Origin: a virus
IMG/VR virus record: IMGVR_UViG_3300010965_000002
Location: 96,001-160,000 of that record
Reading direction: 5' to 3' (one strand)
Length of the DNA stretch: 64,000 nt
Each line of letters starts with the position of its first letter. Positions within the stretch are counted from its first letter, which is position 1. This document shows positions 56,022 to 64,000 of the stretch, in pieces. Under the pieces are notes generated by a model that saw only the letters and a program-made list of their open reading frames with translations, was not told where the DNA came from and ran no database searches. The position numbers and the translations under genes are program-made.

Positions 56022-56962
56022 TTGGTAACGACGGTAAGAAGAACTGGTTGATGCAGGTCTCCAGCGTGAACGATGGCATGGTTTACGGTCACCTAGACTC
56101 TAACCGTGCATACGCACCTCAGCAAGGTGAGTTCATGCTTAAACAGATCGTTGCCATCTTGGGTGACAAGCCAGCACCTGGTAGTGCTTACGGCTGTACC
56201 ATTGAACCCTTCTGCCGTACACTGGTGCATCCAGATTGGGGCAATGTTCACTGGCACATGCAGATGCCCAAGACCGAAAAGCTGGCGCTGAAAAACGCCT
56301 TGGACTCAGTTGCCAAGAAACTCAACCGGGCAAAGCTCTTTGCCTTCGTAGCAGAAGGCGCTCTTGAACTTGAAGTGCGTCCACCGAAGGGTCGATACAC
56401 AGGCATGTATCACTACAAGATCAAGAACGGTGAGAACCTTGACCGCATGATCTTGCGTCCAAAGATGGGCGTGCCAATGGACTACGTGGTTGCACACGAA
56501 AGCGGGCACGGCGTCTGGTATCGTTTGCTGACACCCTCACAACACGCACGTTGGATTCGCCTCTATCACAGCTATACCAAGCTGCAAGAGTTTGAACCCC
56601 ATCATCTGCGTAAGCTGCGGGATGACTACATTGCCGACAGCGTACCTGTGCGTGACTTTCGAGGTCAACTCGAAGAAGCTCAAGTCCTGCTGTTCGACAA
56701 CCTAATTTCAACTCTGTGCGGCAACACACGATTGACCAATCGCCACCTTGATGTACTTGCTGAGACAGCCTCACTGGAAACTATCAAGGAAAGCTGGCCG
56801 ACGCACATTGAAGACAGCGACTTTGAAATCGCAGTCACTGAATACGGCACTAACAACCCCGAAGAATTCTTCGCCGAAGCCTTTGCTTACTGGTTGCTAG
56901 GTCAGAAACTGCCTAAACGTGTGCAGGCCGCTATGGACAAAACCGTTAAGGCAATAGTGTAA
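55994..56962 (+). CDS. Zincin metallopeptidase-like protein
   Basis: HESGH and downstream TEYG..NPEEFFAEAF. Confidence 0.7.
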   Translation: MEIKQGVYVIGNDGKKNWLMQVSSVNDGMVYGHLDSNRAYAPQQGEFMLKQIVAILGDKPAPGSAYGCTIEPFCRTLVHPDWGNVHWHMQMPKTEKLALKNALDSVAKKLNRAKLFAFVAEGALELEVRPPKGRYTGMYHYKIKNGENLDRMILRPKMGVPMDYVVAHESGHGVWYRLLTPSQHARWIRLYHSYTKLQEFEPHHLRKLRDDYIADSVPVRDFRGQLEEAQVLLFDNLISTLCGNTRLTNRHLDVLAETASLETIKESWPTHIEDSDFEIAVTEYGTNNPEEFFAEAFAYWLLGQKLPKRVQAAMDKTVKAIV

Positions 56963-56971
56963 ATATGCACT

Positions 56972-57169
56972 ATGGACACACTGACTAACTGGCAACTCTA
57001 CTCCTTGGTGGCAACACTGATTACGTTAGCCTGTTGCTTATACCTTCCAAGCAAACTCAGCGGGTTTAACAATCTCGTTGGTTCCATTCTAGTCGCTGCA
57101 TTAGGGCCCATCGTTTGGCCCTTCTGCTTGGCGGCTGTTGTTAAACATTCTCAGAGAAAAACCTCATGA
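56972..57169 (+). CDS. Small membrane protein
   Basis: Two TMs, AALGPIVWP; TGTAAATA at 56958. Confidence 0.55.
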   Translation: MDTLTNWQLYSLVATLITLACCLYLPSKLSGFNNLVGSILVAALGPIVWPFCLAAVVKHSQRKTS

Positions 57170-57855
57170 GCAAAATTCCAAAGCAAGTAGCTGACCTCAA
57201 AGGTGCAAACTACAACCCTCGTTACATCACTGCCAAGCAACTGGCTGCCCTGAAAAAGAGCATCGAAGAATTCGGTGACCTGAGTGGTGTGGTGTTCAAC
57301 CGTTCAACTGGCGTGCTGGTGTCAGGTCACCAGCGTATCAAGTCAATCAAAGGCAAGCCCTCAAAGATCGTCAAGACAACGGTGAAGAAAGACCGTCAAG
57401 GCACTGTTGCCCTCGGTACGATTGAAATCACCGAAGTCGATAAGACAATCACACGCATCCCCTATCGTGAAGTCGAGTGGGATGACAAGCTGCAAGAAAT
57501 GGCTGCTAACGTGGCTGCTAACGCCGCAGGTGGTGAATTCGATCAAGCCAAGCTGGGCGCGATCATGGCTAAACTCGAAAAGGGTAAGTTCGACGTTGAA
57601 CTGACCTCTATTGACAATTGGACAACTGCCAAGGCTATCGGCAAGTTCAAGAAGTCAAAAGACGAAGATGGCGATGGTGAAGGCAGTGCTGGTGACGAAG
57701 AAGAAGGCTTCGCAGTTGTTGACCCTAAAGCAATGGAGTTCCAACATACTTGCCCCAAGTGCAGCTATCGTTGGAGCGACAAGGTGGTCAAGACCGTGAA
57801 GAAAGTTTCTGCGCCCGCTGCACAACCTGCGAAAAAGAAACCTAAGAAGGCTTAA
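57166..57855 (+). CDS. ParB/Srx-domain protein
   Basis: YNPR.I..LKKSIEEFG..VFN..G.LVSGHQR; C-terminal CPKC. Confidence 0.85.
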   Translation: MSKIPKQVADLKGANYNPRYITAKQLAALKKSIEEFGDLSGVVFNRSTGVLVSGHQRIKSIKGKPSKIVKTTVKKDRQGTVALGTIEITEVDKTITRIPYREVEWDDKLQEMAANVAANAAGGEFDQAKLGAIMAKLEKGKFDVELTSIDNWTTAKAIGKFKKSKDEDGDGEGSAGDEEEGFAVVDPKAMEFQHTCPKCSYRWSDKVVKTVKKVSAPAAQPAKKKPKKA

Positions 57856-57857
57856 CC

Positions 57858-58430
57858 ATGACAACCATCGTAGGCATTCGCCGTGAACAACATAAAGAAG
57901 TGTGGATTGGTAGCGACACGCTGTTGACCAGTCCTGGCCTGCGTCTTGGCAAAATGAGTAAGACTGCATTGGTTAATGCAGGTACCGAAGATGAAACCTG
58001 TATAGCTATTGCCGGCCCTGCCACTGCAATCTTGGCGGTACAGGACATCTTGTCCACTCACGACTTCGATGACTGGTCAACTACCTTGGCCGTGTATCGA
58101 AACATTCTGGCAATACACTGCGTTATGAGGGACCACCACGGTCTAATCACGCAGGAGCACGAAGACGATACCTTTGAAAGCTCACAGTTTCAATCAATCG
58201 TGGCTAACTCCCACGGTATGTGGATGACGCTCAATAGCCGAGAAGTCATCCCCGTGGTTAACCTGTGTGCAATCGGTTCCGGTAGAGAAATCGCAATCGG
58301 CGTTGTTGAAGGTATGGGAATGCTTGACCCAGAAGCCACAATCAAACGTGCGCTTATGGTTGCAAGCCAGTATGACAAGAGCACAGGCAAAGAGGCAGAA
58401 ATATGGTCAAACGAAAGAAACCCGCACTGA
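57858..58430 (+). CDS. HslV/proteasome-beta-like Ntn protease
   Basis: MTTIVGI..IGSD..K..AIGSG. Confidence 0.8.
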   Translation: MTTIVGIRREQHKEVWIGSDTLLTSPGLRLGKMSKTALVNAGTEDETCIAIAGPATAILAVQDILSTHDFDDWSTTLAVYRNILAIHCVMRDHHGLITQEHEDDTFESSQFQSIVANSHGMWMTLNSREVIPVVNLCAIGSGREIAIGVVEGMGMLDPEATIKRALMVASQYDKSTGKEAEIWSNERNPH

Positions 58431-58783
58431 CTTTGCGCAAAGCAAAGCAGCTTGCACAGCACATGATAGTAAGCGGCCTCCTCACAAGAGCAGTAGCCGC
58501 TGAAATCGAACGCCGAGGTCTAGTACCTAACGCACAGTTCAAAGCAATCGTTGCGGCCAACGACATCGGTAAGAAGCTGCAAGGCATGTTACCTCAGCTT
58601 GGTATGCAGTTCAAAGATGGCAATCCAGAGTTTCCCTACACTGTTTGGCGTGGCGCAAGTGCGCCTTTCATTCTGGCTACACCGACAATCGTTGCAGAGG
58701 CTGAGGCGCAAGCCTTGAAACTCAGCGACGAGGTGTACACCAGTTTGACAACCGTTGCAGTTGCCACTGAGGTAGCACCATGA
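58403..58783 (+). CDS. Hypothetical protein
   Basis: Operonic ORF. Confidence 0.55.
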   Translation: MVKRKKPALTLRKAKQLAQHMIVSGLLTRAVAAEIERRGLVPNAQFKAIVAANDIGKKLQGMLPQLGMQFKDGNPEFPYTVWRGASAPFILATPTIVAEAEAQALKLSDEVYTSLTTVAVATEVAP

Positions 58784-59916
58784 TTCTCGCTTCCAAAATG
58801 CCTTCAATGGCAGAGATAAACAAGAAAGCCAAGACTGCGAAATTCACCGCTGTCAGTTTCTTTTCTGGTATGGGTGGTGGTAGCATAGGCATGAAAATGG
58901 CTGGCTACTCTGTTCGCTACGCAAACGAATTCGTCCCTGTAGCCTCGGACGTTTACGATGCAAATAGCGGAGGCTTGAAGATTGACCGTCGTGATATTCG
59001 CAAGGTGACTGCAAAGAGCGTTTATGCTTTGAGCAAGATTCCAAAAGGCGAAATCGACTTGATCGAAGCCAGCCCTCCATGCAAGGCATTCAGCAGCACG
59101 CAAGCACGCAAGCAAGGTCGTGACTTCGGTGAAGAAGTTGATTACAGCGAAGGCATCAAACAGCGCGTTGACGATCTGTTCTTTGAATTCTGCCGTGTCC
59201 TCAAACACCTGCAAGGTAAAGTCTTCATTGCGGAGAACGTGCCTGGCTTGGTGAAAGCAATCAACCGTGGATACTTTGTTGAAATCCACGAGGCACTTAC
59301 CAACTGCGGTTACAACGTACAGGCTGTTGTCATTGACCCGTCGCGTCTTGGTGTTCCTCAGAAGCGTGAGCGTCTGATCTTCATGGGCATTCGCAATGAT
59401 CTATACAAAGCCGGATTCCGTCATGCTTGGCCTAAGCCATCAAAGCATGAAACCACCGTTCAGGAGTGCTTGCCGCACATCGAACGCATTAAGACCACCC
59501 GTGGCTACAGTCATGCAAAGTCTCCGAGCCCTACTATTACCGCATCAGATCACAGTATTGGAGAGACTGCAAACTTCTCTTGCGGCGGGTTCGTGGAAAC
59601 CAATGAAGGTGTGTCCCGCAAGTACACCATCGACGAACTGAAAGTTCTCAGCAGTGTGCCCAAAGACTTTGTGTTCCCACCGCAAGAAAAAGAATCGAAG
59701 TCTAAGCACTTCATTCGCAGTTGGGAACGTCTTGGTCGCATTCACGTCCCATTGCAGGTGTATCACATTGCGTCTGAAATACGCAAGAACATCTTAGAGC
59801 CTTACTACCAAAACAAAGGTAAACCAAATGACAACCAAAGCCCTCGAAGCGCAAAGAAAGCGCCAGCAGCAACAAAGCCCTCAGCCAGCAAGCCCGCAAG
59901 TAAGAAGCCGCGATAA
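58780..59916 (+). CDS. C5-cytosine DNA methyltransferase-fold enzyme, probable carboxymethyltransferase
   Basis: FFSGMGGG (I), SPPCKAFS (IV), AENV (VI), QKRER (VIII); motif X reads GRIHVP rather than GNAVP. Confidence 0.88.
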   Translation: MILASKMPSMAEINKKAKTAKFTAVSFFSGMGGGSIGMKMAGYSVRYANEFVPVASDVYDANSGGLKIDRRDIRKVTAKSVYALSKIPKGEIDLIEASPPCKAFSSTQARKQGRDFGEEVDYSEGIKQRVDDLFFEFCRVLKHLQGKVFIAENVPGLVKAINRGYFVEIHEALTNCGYNVQAVVIDPSRLGVPQKRERLIFMGIRNDLYKAGFRHAWPKPSKHETTVQECLPHIERIKTTRGYSHAKSPSPTITASDHSIGETANFSCGGFVETNEGVSRKYTIDELKVLSSVPKDFVFPPQEKESKSKHFIRSWERLGRIHVPLQVYHIASEIRKNILEPYYQNKGKPNDNQSPRSAKKAPAATKPSASKPASKKPR

Positions 59917-60574
59917 GCTCGAAGTCCCTACCGACTGGACTTTCCACAGCAAGAACGTGGCCGACAACTTTGACATCCATGTGCGGGAGCAGTTGCCTTG
60001 GTACGATCTGGCTACAGGCATGGTTGCACACATTGGTCGCCACTATCTGCCTGAGAATGGTTTGATGTACGACTTGGGTGCAAGCACTGGCAATATCACT
60101 CACGCTCTGGCCTCTGAACTGGACAAGCGTAAAGTCAAGGCAATCAGCATTGACAACGCCGAACCCATGAAAGACGTGTGGCGTGGCGTAGGCGACTTTG
60201 AAGTGGCCGACATTCGTGAATACGACTACAAGCCTTACGACTTCTGCGCTTGCTTCCTCGTGTTGATGTTCTTGCCGCCAGTACAGCAGCGTCAGGTGTT
60301 TGAAAAGCTCTACAAGAGTTTGAACCCTGGTGGTGCGCTGGTGATCTTTGACAAGACTGCCTCGTTCAATGGATACCTTGGAACTGTGATGCACCGCGTT
60401 ACTCTGGCAGGCAAAGTTGCTACAGGCGTTCCGTCCGAAGCCATCGTCAAGAAAGAGTTGTCCTTAGCTGGAGCACAACGTCCGATTGACCCTGATGCTC
60501 TCCTGTTCAATCAGTACGGTGTCAAGGAAGTGTTTCGCTTTGGGGAGTTCGGTGGTTGGGTCGCTACAAAATGA
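59828..60574 (+). CDS. cmoA: Carboxy-SAM synthase-like methyltransferase
   Basis: WTF..VADNFD.HVREQLPWY, YDLGASTG, LMFL, LNPGGAL..DK. Confidence 0.8.
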   Translation: MTTKALEAQRKRQQQQSPQPASPQVRSRDKLEVPTDWTFHSKNVADNFDIHVREQLPWYDLATGMVAHIGRHYLPENGLMYDLGASTGNITHALASELDKRKVKAISIDNAEPMKDVWRGVGDFEVADIREYDYKPYDFCACFLVLMFLPPVQQRQVFEKLYKSLNPGGALVIFDKTASFNGYLGTVMHRVTLAGKVATGVPSEAIVKKELSLAGAQRPIDPDALLFNQYGVKEVFRFGEFGGWVATK

Positions 60575-60577
60575 ATG

Positions 60578-60586
60578 CTGTAAATA
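60578..60586 (+). promoter_or_regulatory. CTGTAAATA motif
   Basis: Intergenic, 38 nt before the ATG at 60624. Confidence 0.55.
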
Positions 60587-60623
60587 ACCTGTAGACGAAA
60601 TCAACACCGCGAGGTAAACAAAA

Positions 60624-61043
60624 ATGTTCAATCCTTACAGACACTTAATGTCTAAGGTAACAGCTCTGCTGCGTACCGAAGCCAAAATGAGTGCAGACGA
60701 ACGAAGGGCCAATCAATGGCAACTACTCGTCAAGTTTTGTGACACCCAGATTACTGTCGGCAAAGGTGATGTGAACACCATCTTTGTCCAGATGGGTGTA
60801 AACGGAAAACGCCGCACTTGTTATCCTGATCAGATACTTGAGAAGCTCAGTGAACTGGGTAGCCAGAAGCACCATCGCTACGAAGTTGTCAATGCAGAAG
60901 GCGAGTCAGACATGTTTTTCAGCCTGGTGACTTTGAAGCAGCAAGTTACGCCTGAAAAGGGTATGAAGCTGTACGGTCACACTGACAAGCGTGTGCTTCT
61001 GCATAAAACACATCAAGCCCTTAACGGCTACGACTGGAAATAA
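60624..61043 (+). CDS. Hypothetical protein
   Basis: GAGG RBS. Confidence 0.6.
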   Translation: MFNPYRHLMSKVTALLRTEAKMSADERRANQWQLLVKFCDTQITVGKGDVNTIFVQMGVNGKRRTCYPDQILEKLSELGSQKHHRYEVVNAEGESDMFFSLVTLKQQVTPEKGMKLYGHTDKRVLLHKTHQALNGYDWK

Positions 61044-61044
61044 C

Positions 61045-61962
61045 ATGGGTAAGAAAAACCTAACCAAAGAACAGTTCGCTATGCACACTAAACGTGCTGA
61101 ACGCCTAGCGAAAGTCATGGTTGACCACGTTGCTGGTTTCAAGCCCAAGAAGGTTGCAGTGCTGCTTAGTGCAGGCGTTGACAGTCATGCTTGTCTGTTC
61201 GCAGCAATGCGGGCAAAGAAACAGATCACCTGTTATTCATTCACCCTGGATGATCGCAAGAGCACTGACTTCCGCCTCGCTGAACAAACAGCCGCCGCTT
61301 TCGGCTTGCCTTTTGTAGGCGTAAAGCTATCAACTGATCTACCTGTTCTCAAAGACTACTTGTGGGATGTTTTCAACGTCTACAACACAGGTAGCATCCA
61401 TGTGAACAAGTCAAGCGTCGAATGCCTATGGCCTTTGTACAACGCTTTGAACCGCACTACTGAGGAACACGGTGCGACTATGATCGGCTTCGGCGGTGAT
61501 GCCTTCTTTTGCACCTTGCGTAGTCAAAAGAAACGTCTGCATGAGTACGAACTTGTCAAGCAGGAATACTTCAATAACGTTGTCACCAACAAAGGCGACG
61601 TGCAAACCCTGATGCTTGAGTCATGGCTTGCCAAACACTCACCAAGGCATCGTTTGATTATGCCTTTCCATACCAAAGAAGTCTTCGACATCTTCAAGGG
61701 TATGGGTCCATTTGACCCTGGCTGCAAGCCTATCCAGAAAGCTCCAATTCGCTTAGCCTTCTGGGATGAATTCCAGCAGACTGACGTGCGGGTACATCAG
61801 AGCTTCCAGAAAGGTGACAGCGGTATCTCTGACCACTTCGCAGAACTCCTTATTCCTAGCGATTGGAATACACGAGGACTAAAGAGTGTTAAAGGCGTCT
61901 ACAACGACCTGGAAACTGGTGTTATCCGAAAGCCGGGTCGGTCATTGTTTAGGTCTCACTAA
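61045..61962 (+). CDS. Asparagine-synthetase-like ATP-dependent amide ligase (no glutaminase domain)
   Basis: AVLLSAGVDS, GFGGDAFF, MPF, K.PIR, K.SFQKG. Confidence 0.8.
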   Translation: MGKKNLTKEQFAMHTKRAERLAKVMVDHVAGFKPKKVAVLLSAGVDSHACLFAAMRAKKQITCYSFTLDDRKSTDFRLAEQTAAAFGLPFVGVKLSTDLPVLKDYLWDVFNVYNTGSIHVNKSSVECLWPLYNALNRTTEEHGATMIGFGGDAFFCTLRSQKKRLHEYELVKQEYFNNVVTNKGDVQTLMLESWLAKHSPRHRLIMPFHTKEVFDIFKGMGPFDPGCKPIQKAPIRLAFWDEFQQTDVRVHQSFQKGDSGISDHFAELLIPSDWNTRGLKSVKGVYNDLETGVIRKPGRSLFRSH

Positions 61963-62109
61963 TTTGATATTGTGAAAACGGTTGTGGCACTCCTGCTGTA
62001 GGACCTCAAAAAGGACCTAGAGTGGAACCCAAAGTTTGTGGACACTAATTTCATTATGTAGGACCTTGGTACTACATCCTTTTAACGTTCAATCCTCATG
62101 AGGCCATAT

Positions 62110-62262
62110 ATGAACAAATCTCACGCTCTCCATGCTTTCGCCAACGGCGGCGGCGCTGCTGCTAAGCCTGCCAAAAAGGGCGGCAAAGCTGCTGCTAAAG
62201 GCAAGCCTGCTGCTGGCAAGAAGTCTGCTGCCAAGAAGCCAGTAGCCAAGAAAAAGCGTTAA
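62110..62262 (+). CDS. 50-aa Lys/Ala-rich histone-H1-like protein (not in ORF track)
   Basis: MNKSHALHAFANGGGAAAKPAKKGGKAAAKGKPAAGKKSAAKKPVAKKKR; GAGG RBS, terminator downstream. Confidence 0.75.
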   Translation: MNKSHALHAFANGGGAAAKPAKKGGKAAAKGKPAAGKKSAAKKPVAKKKR

Positions 62263-62304
62263 TTCGCCTTTTCTGAATCGCCAGTAAAATGATGATTCAA
62301 AAAG

Positions 62305-62340
62305 AAAACCCCGCCCGGAGAAATCTTGGCGGGGTTTTTT
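62305..62340 (+). terminator. Rho-independent terminator
   Basis: AAAACCCCGCC...GGCGGGGTTTTTT. Confidence 0.85.
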
Positions 62341-62372
62341 CGTTTCTGCGGCAGACCAGTCTATGCCCTCAA

Positions 62373-62381
62373 CTGTAAATA
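62373..62381 (+). promoter_or_regulatory. CTGTAAATA motif
   Basis: Intergenic, after the terminator and before ORF 62388. Confidence 0.55.
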
Positions 62382-62387
62382 ACTCTT

Positions 62388-62774
62388 ATGGACAACGAGA
62401 CAAAACAACAATTCGCCCAAGTCAAACGCAAGACCCGCTCTGTAGATGACTACACAATCGTAGCCGTAGCTTCTGTGCCTTGCAACATGCCCCGCTGGGA
62501 CAGGGTTCTCTACGAAATCGAAACCCATTTGACTGCCGCCTTGGTTCATGTGCTTCGGCATACACCGAACCAAGACTGGGCATACTTCAATACGTTAGAG
62601 GCACGCCACTGCTCCTTCTCTGAGAGTACGGTCGTTCATTCGGAAGCGCCTCATACAATAACCTACCGATACGTGGTAATCAAAGGTCCAGTTCCATTCA
62701 ACATATCCTTTGAAGAGGCTCAAAATGCCAATGACCGTAACACAAATTTTAGCCGCGTCTTTACCTGCGGTTAA
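62388..62774 (+). CDS. Hypothetical protein
   Basis: Operonic ORF. Confidence 0.55.
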   Translation: MDNETKQQFAQVKRKTRSVDDYTIVAVASVPCNMPRWDRVLYEIETHLTAALVHVLRHTPNQDWAYFNTLEARHCSFSESTVVHSEAPHTITYRYVVIKGPVPFNISFEEAQNANDRNTNFSRVFTCG

Positions 62775-63171
62775 AGAAGCCTCGCGCTACGTCGTAATCA
62801 AGGACGACGCGGTGCCTACGTTCGTCAACAAGCCTGCTGACAAGAAACTGCACCGAGCGCCTAAGCTCGATGTGACCGTTTTCAGTACGGCAGACAATCA
62901 TGGAACTCCCAAGACGGGCGCTTCACGTAAGTACCGAGTTCAGATCATCAGCCTTAACGCAGACAAGAAGCTGCACGAAGCGCCTGTGTTGGTTCGTTGC
63001 ACTTGTGACTACTTCACCTTCAATTGCGAAGTGGCACTCACCAAAAAAGGTGCATCCAAGATCAAACAGAGTAACGGTGACAAGCCTGTGGTGCGTAACC
63101 CAAACATGATTCCAACGCCATGCAAACATCTGCATAAGGTTTTGACCATGATAGTGAAAAGGCGAATGTAA
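62725..63171 (+). CDS. SWIM zinc-finger protein
   Basis: VRCTCDYF...PCKHL. Confidence 0.8.
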   Translation: MPMTVTQILAASLPAVKEASRYVVIKDDAVPTFVNKPADKKLHRAPKLDVTVFSTADNHGTPKTGASRKYRVQIISLNADKKLHEAPVLVRCTCDYFTFNCEVALTKKGASKIKQSNGDKPVVRNPNMIPTPCKHLHKVLTMIVKRRM

Positions 63172-64000
63172 TGGCGAATGCACTTGACAGTTTGAAGCGC
63201 GTCAAGGAGCAGTTAGGGCATAACTACACCAGCTTCCAACTGCTGAGTGTTCTCGATCAACTCCTCTGGAAAAGTATGTGGCCTATCTTGCGCACTACTG
63301 ATTACTTTGACCGAGTTCTAGCCAACGTAATAGGCTGGAGTGCCACTAACCCCAGACGTAAGTTATCGTCTTTACCCAAAGACCGATTCAATACCTATGC
63401 TGCGGCATACTTGGTAGCAGACACACCCAAAGTTAAGTTGCGTATCCTCAAGAAGATGCGCATTGAGCGTAACATCCTGTTTTACGTGGTTGCACGTTTT
63501 CTGGAAGTTATGAAGGACGTTCCGCCAGCAAAGCCTTCACAGAAAGTAGTCAATGCCCTGGCTGTTTTCGACCATGAAGGTCTATGGTTTGCCGCACGCG
63601 AAAGCGACTATTGGCATCAGCAAGCCATAGCCTTCAAAGGCATGATTATGGAAAAGTACATGCGCTTTGTCATGATGGAGGCGCAGCAATTCCATAAGCA
63701 GCAGAGGCAGCACAATCCACACTTGAATTTTGACCTCGATGACATCGCTCAGAATTTCATTCTGGCGGTTAACAAGGCGATTGACAAGTGTGATGCGCAG
63801 CAAGGAACACTGACAAGCTATATTCAGAATTGGATTAAAGACGCTAAAGGTAACCCACAGCTTCGCGGTGAGTATGGAATAGCTTACACCATACCTGCAT
63901 CGCAACGTCGTGCGGTGGCTCAGAGCCCTAAAAACAAAGCTGTAAATATCAGTGTCAGCATCGACAGCGACGAACTCCAACATTTACGAAGCGAAAGCAA
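63171..64000 (+). CDS. Sigma70-like RNA polymerase sigma factor, 3'-truncated (not in ORF track)
   Basis: TAATG coupling; frame is open to the window end. MIMEKYMRFV...DLDDIAQNFILAVNKAIDKCDAQQGTLTSYIQNWIK matches sigma region 2. Confidence 0.75.
   Translation, partial: MANALDSLKRVKEQLGHNYTSFQLLSVLDQLLWKSMWPILRTTDYFDRVLANVIGWSATNPRRKLSSLPKDRFNTYAAAYLVADTPKVKLRILKKMRIERNILFYVVARFLEVMKDVPPAKPSQKVVNALAVFDHEGLWFAARESDYWHQQAIAFKGMIMEKYMRFVMMEAQQFHKQQRQHNPHLNFDLDDIAQNFILAVNKAIDKCDAQQGTLTSYIQNWIKDAKGNPQLRGEYGIAYTIPASQRRAVAQSPKNKAVNISVSIDSDELQHLRSES

Noticed and set aside
1-64000. tRNA/rRNA genes and a cellular (chromosomal BGC) origin
   Set aside because: No cloverleaf or rRNA signature was seen. 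Fibres, spanins, endolysin, phage-type primase, dense orphan ORFs and the lack of transporters or regulators indicate a phage.

Overview
The whole window is a fragment of a large tailed phage genome (jumbo-myovirus-like, Gram-negative host as judged by an i-/o-spanin pair), not a cellular chromosome. It has four blocks. (1) 1-23162 (+): the 3' end of a tail-fibre-like gene ending in (G-T/S-P-V)x15 and a fibre chaperone-like gene, followed by a tightly coupled array of 31 genes, almost all tailoring enzymes. These are 11 intact Fe(II)/2OG oxygenases plus one degenerate cupin, a TOMM-type RRE/ThiF-like protein without YcaO, 2 membrane desaturases, 2 stand-alone SGGxDS ATP-pyrophosphatases, 4 GNATs, 4 SDRs, a B12 radical SAM enzyme, a nitroreductase, a GabT-like aminotransferase and a papain-like protein. 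My lead hypothesis, which is inference, is a RiPP-like system that chemically decorates a virion fibre. (2) 23310-36219 (-): endolysin, virion/fibre proteins, holin-like protein, topoisomerase IB, spanins and primase. (3) 36746-48047 (+): small accessory genes, including HAD phosphatases, a GT32 glycosyltransferase and two PcfJ-like proteins. (4) 48041-64000 (+): a Rep_trans/gpII-like initiator, nrdA, nrdB, thyX, a Cas4-like nuclease and proteases; a ParB / C5-MTase(Arg variant) / CmoA / Asn-synthetase-like locus consistent with carboxymethyl-cytosine DNA hypermodification; a histone-like 50-aa ORF, a SWIM protein and a truncated sigma70-like factor. A recurring intergenic CTGTAAATA motif looks like a phage-specific promoter. 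No tRNA, rRNA, CRISPR array or intron was recognised. All family calls are by motif recognition by eye; no database searches were run.
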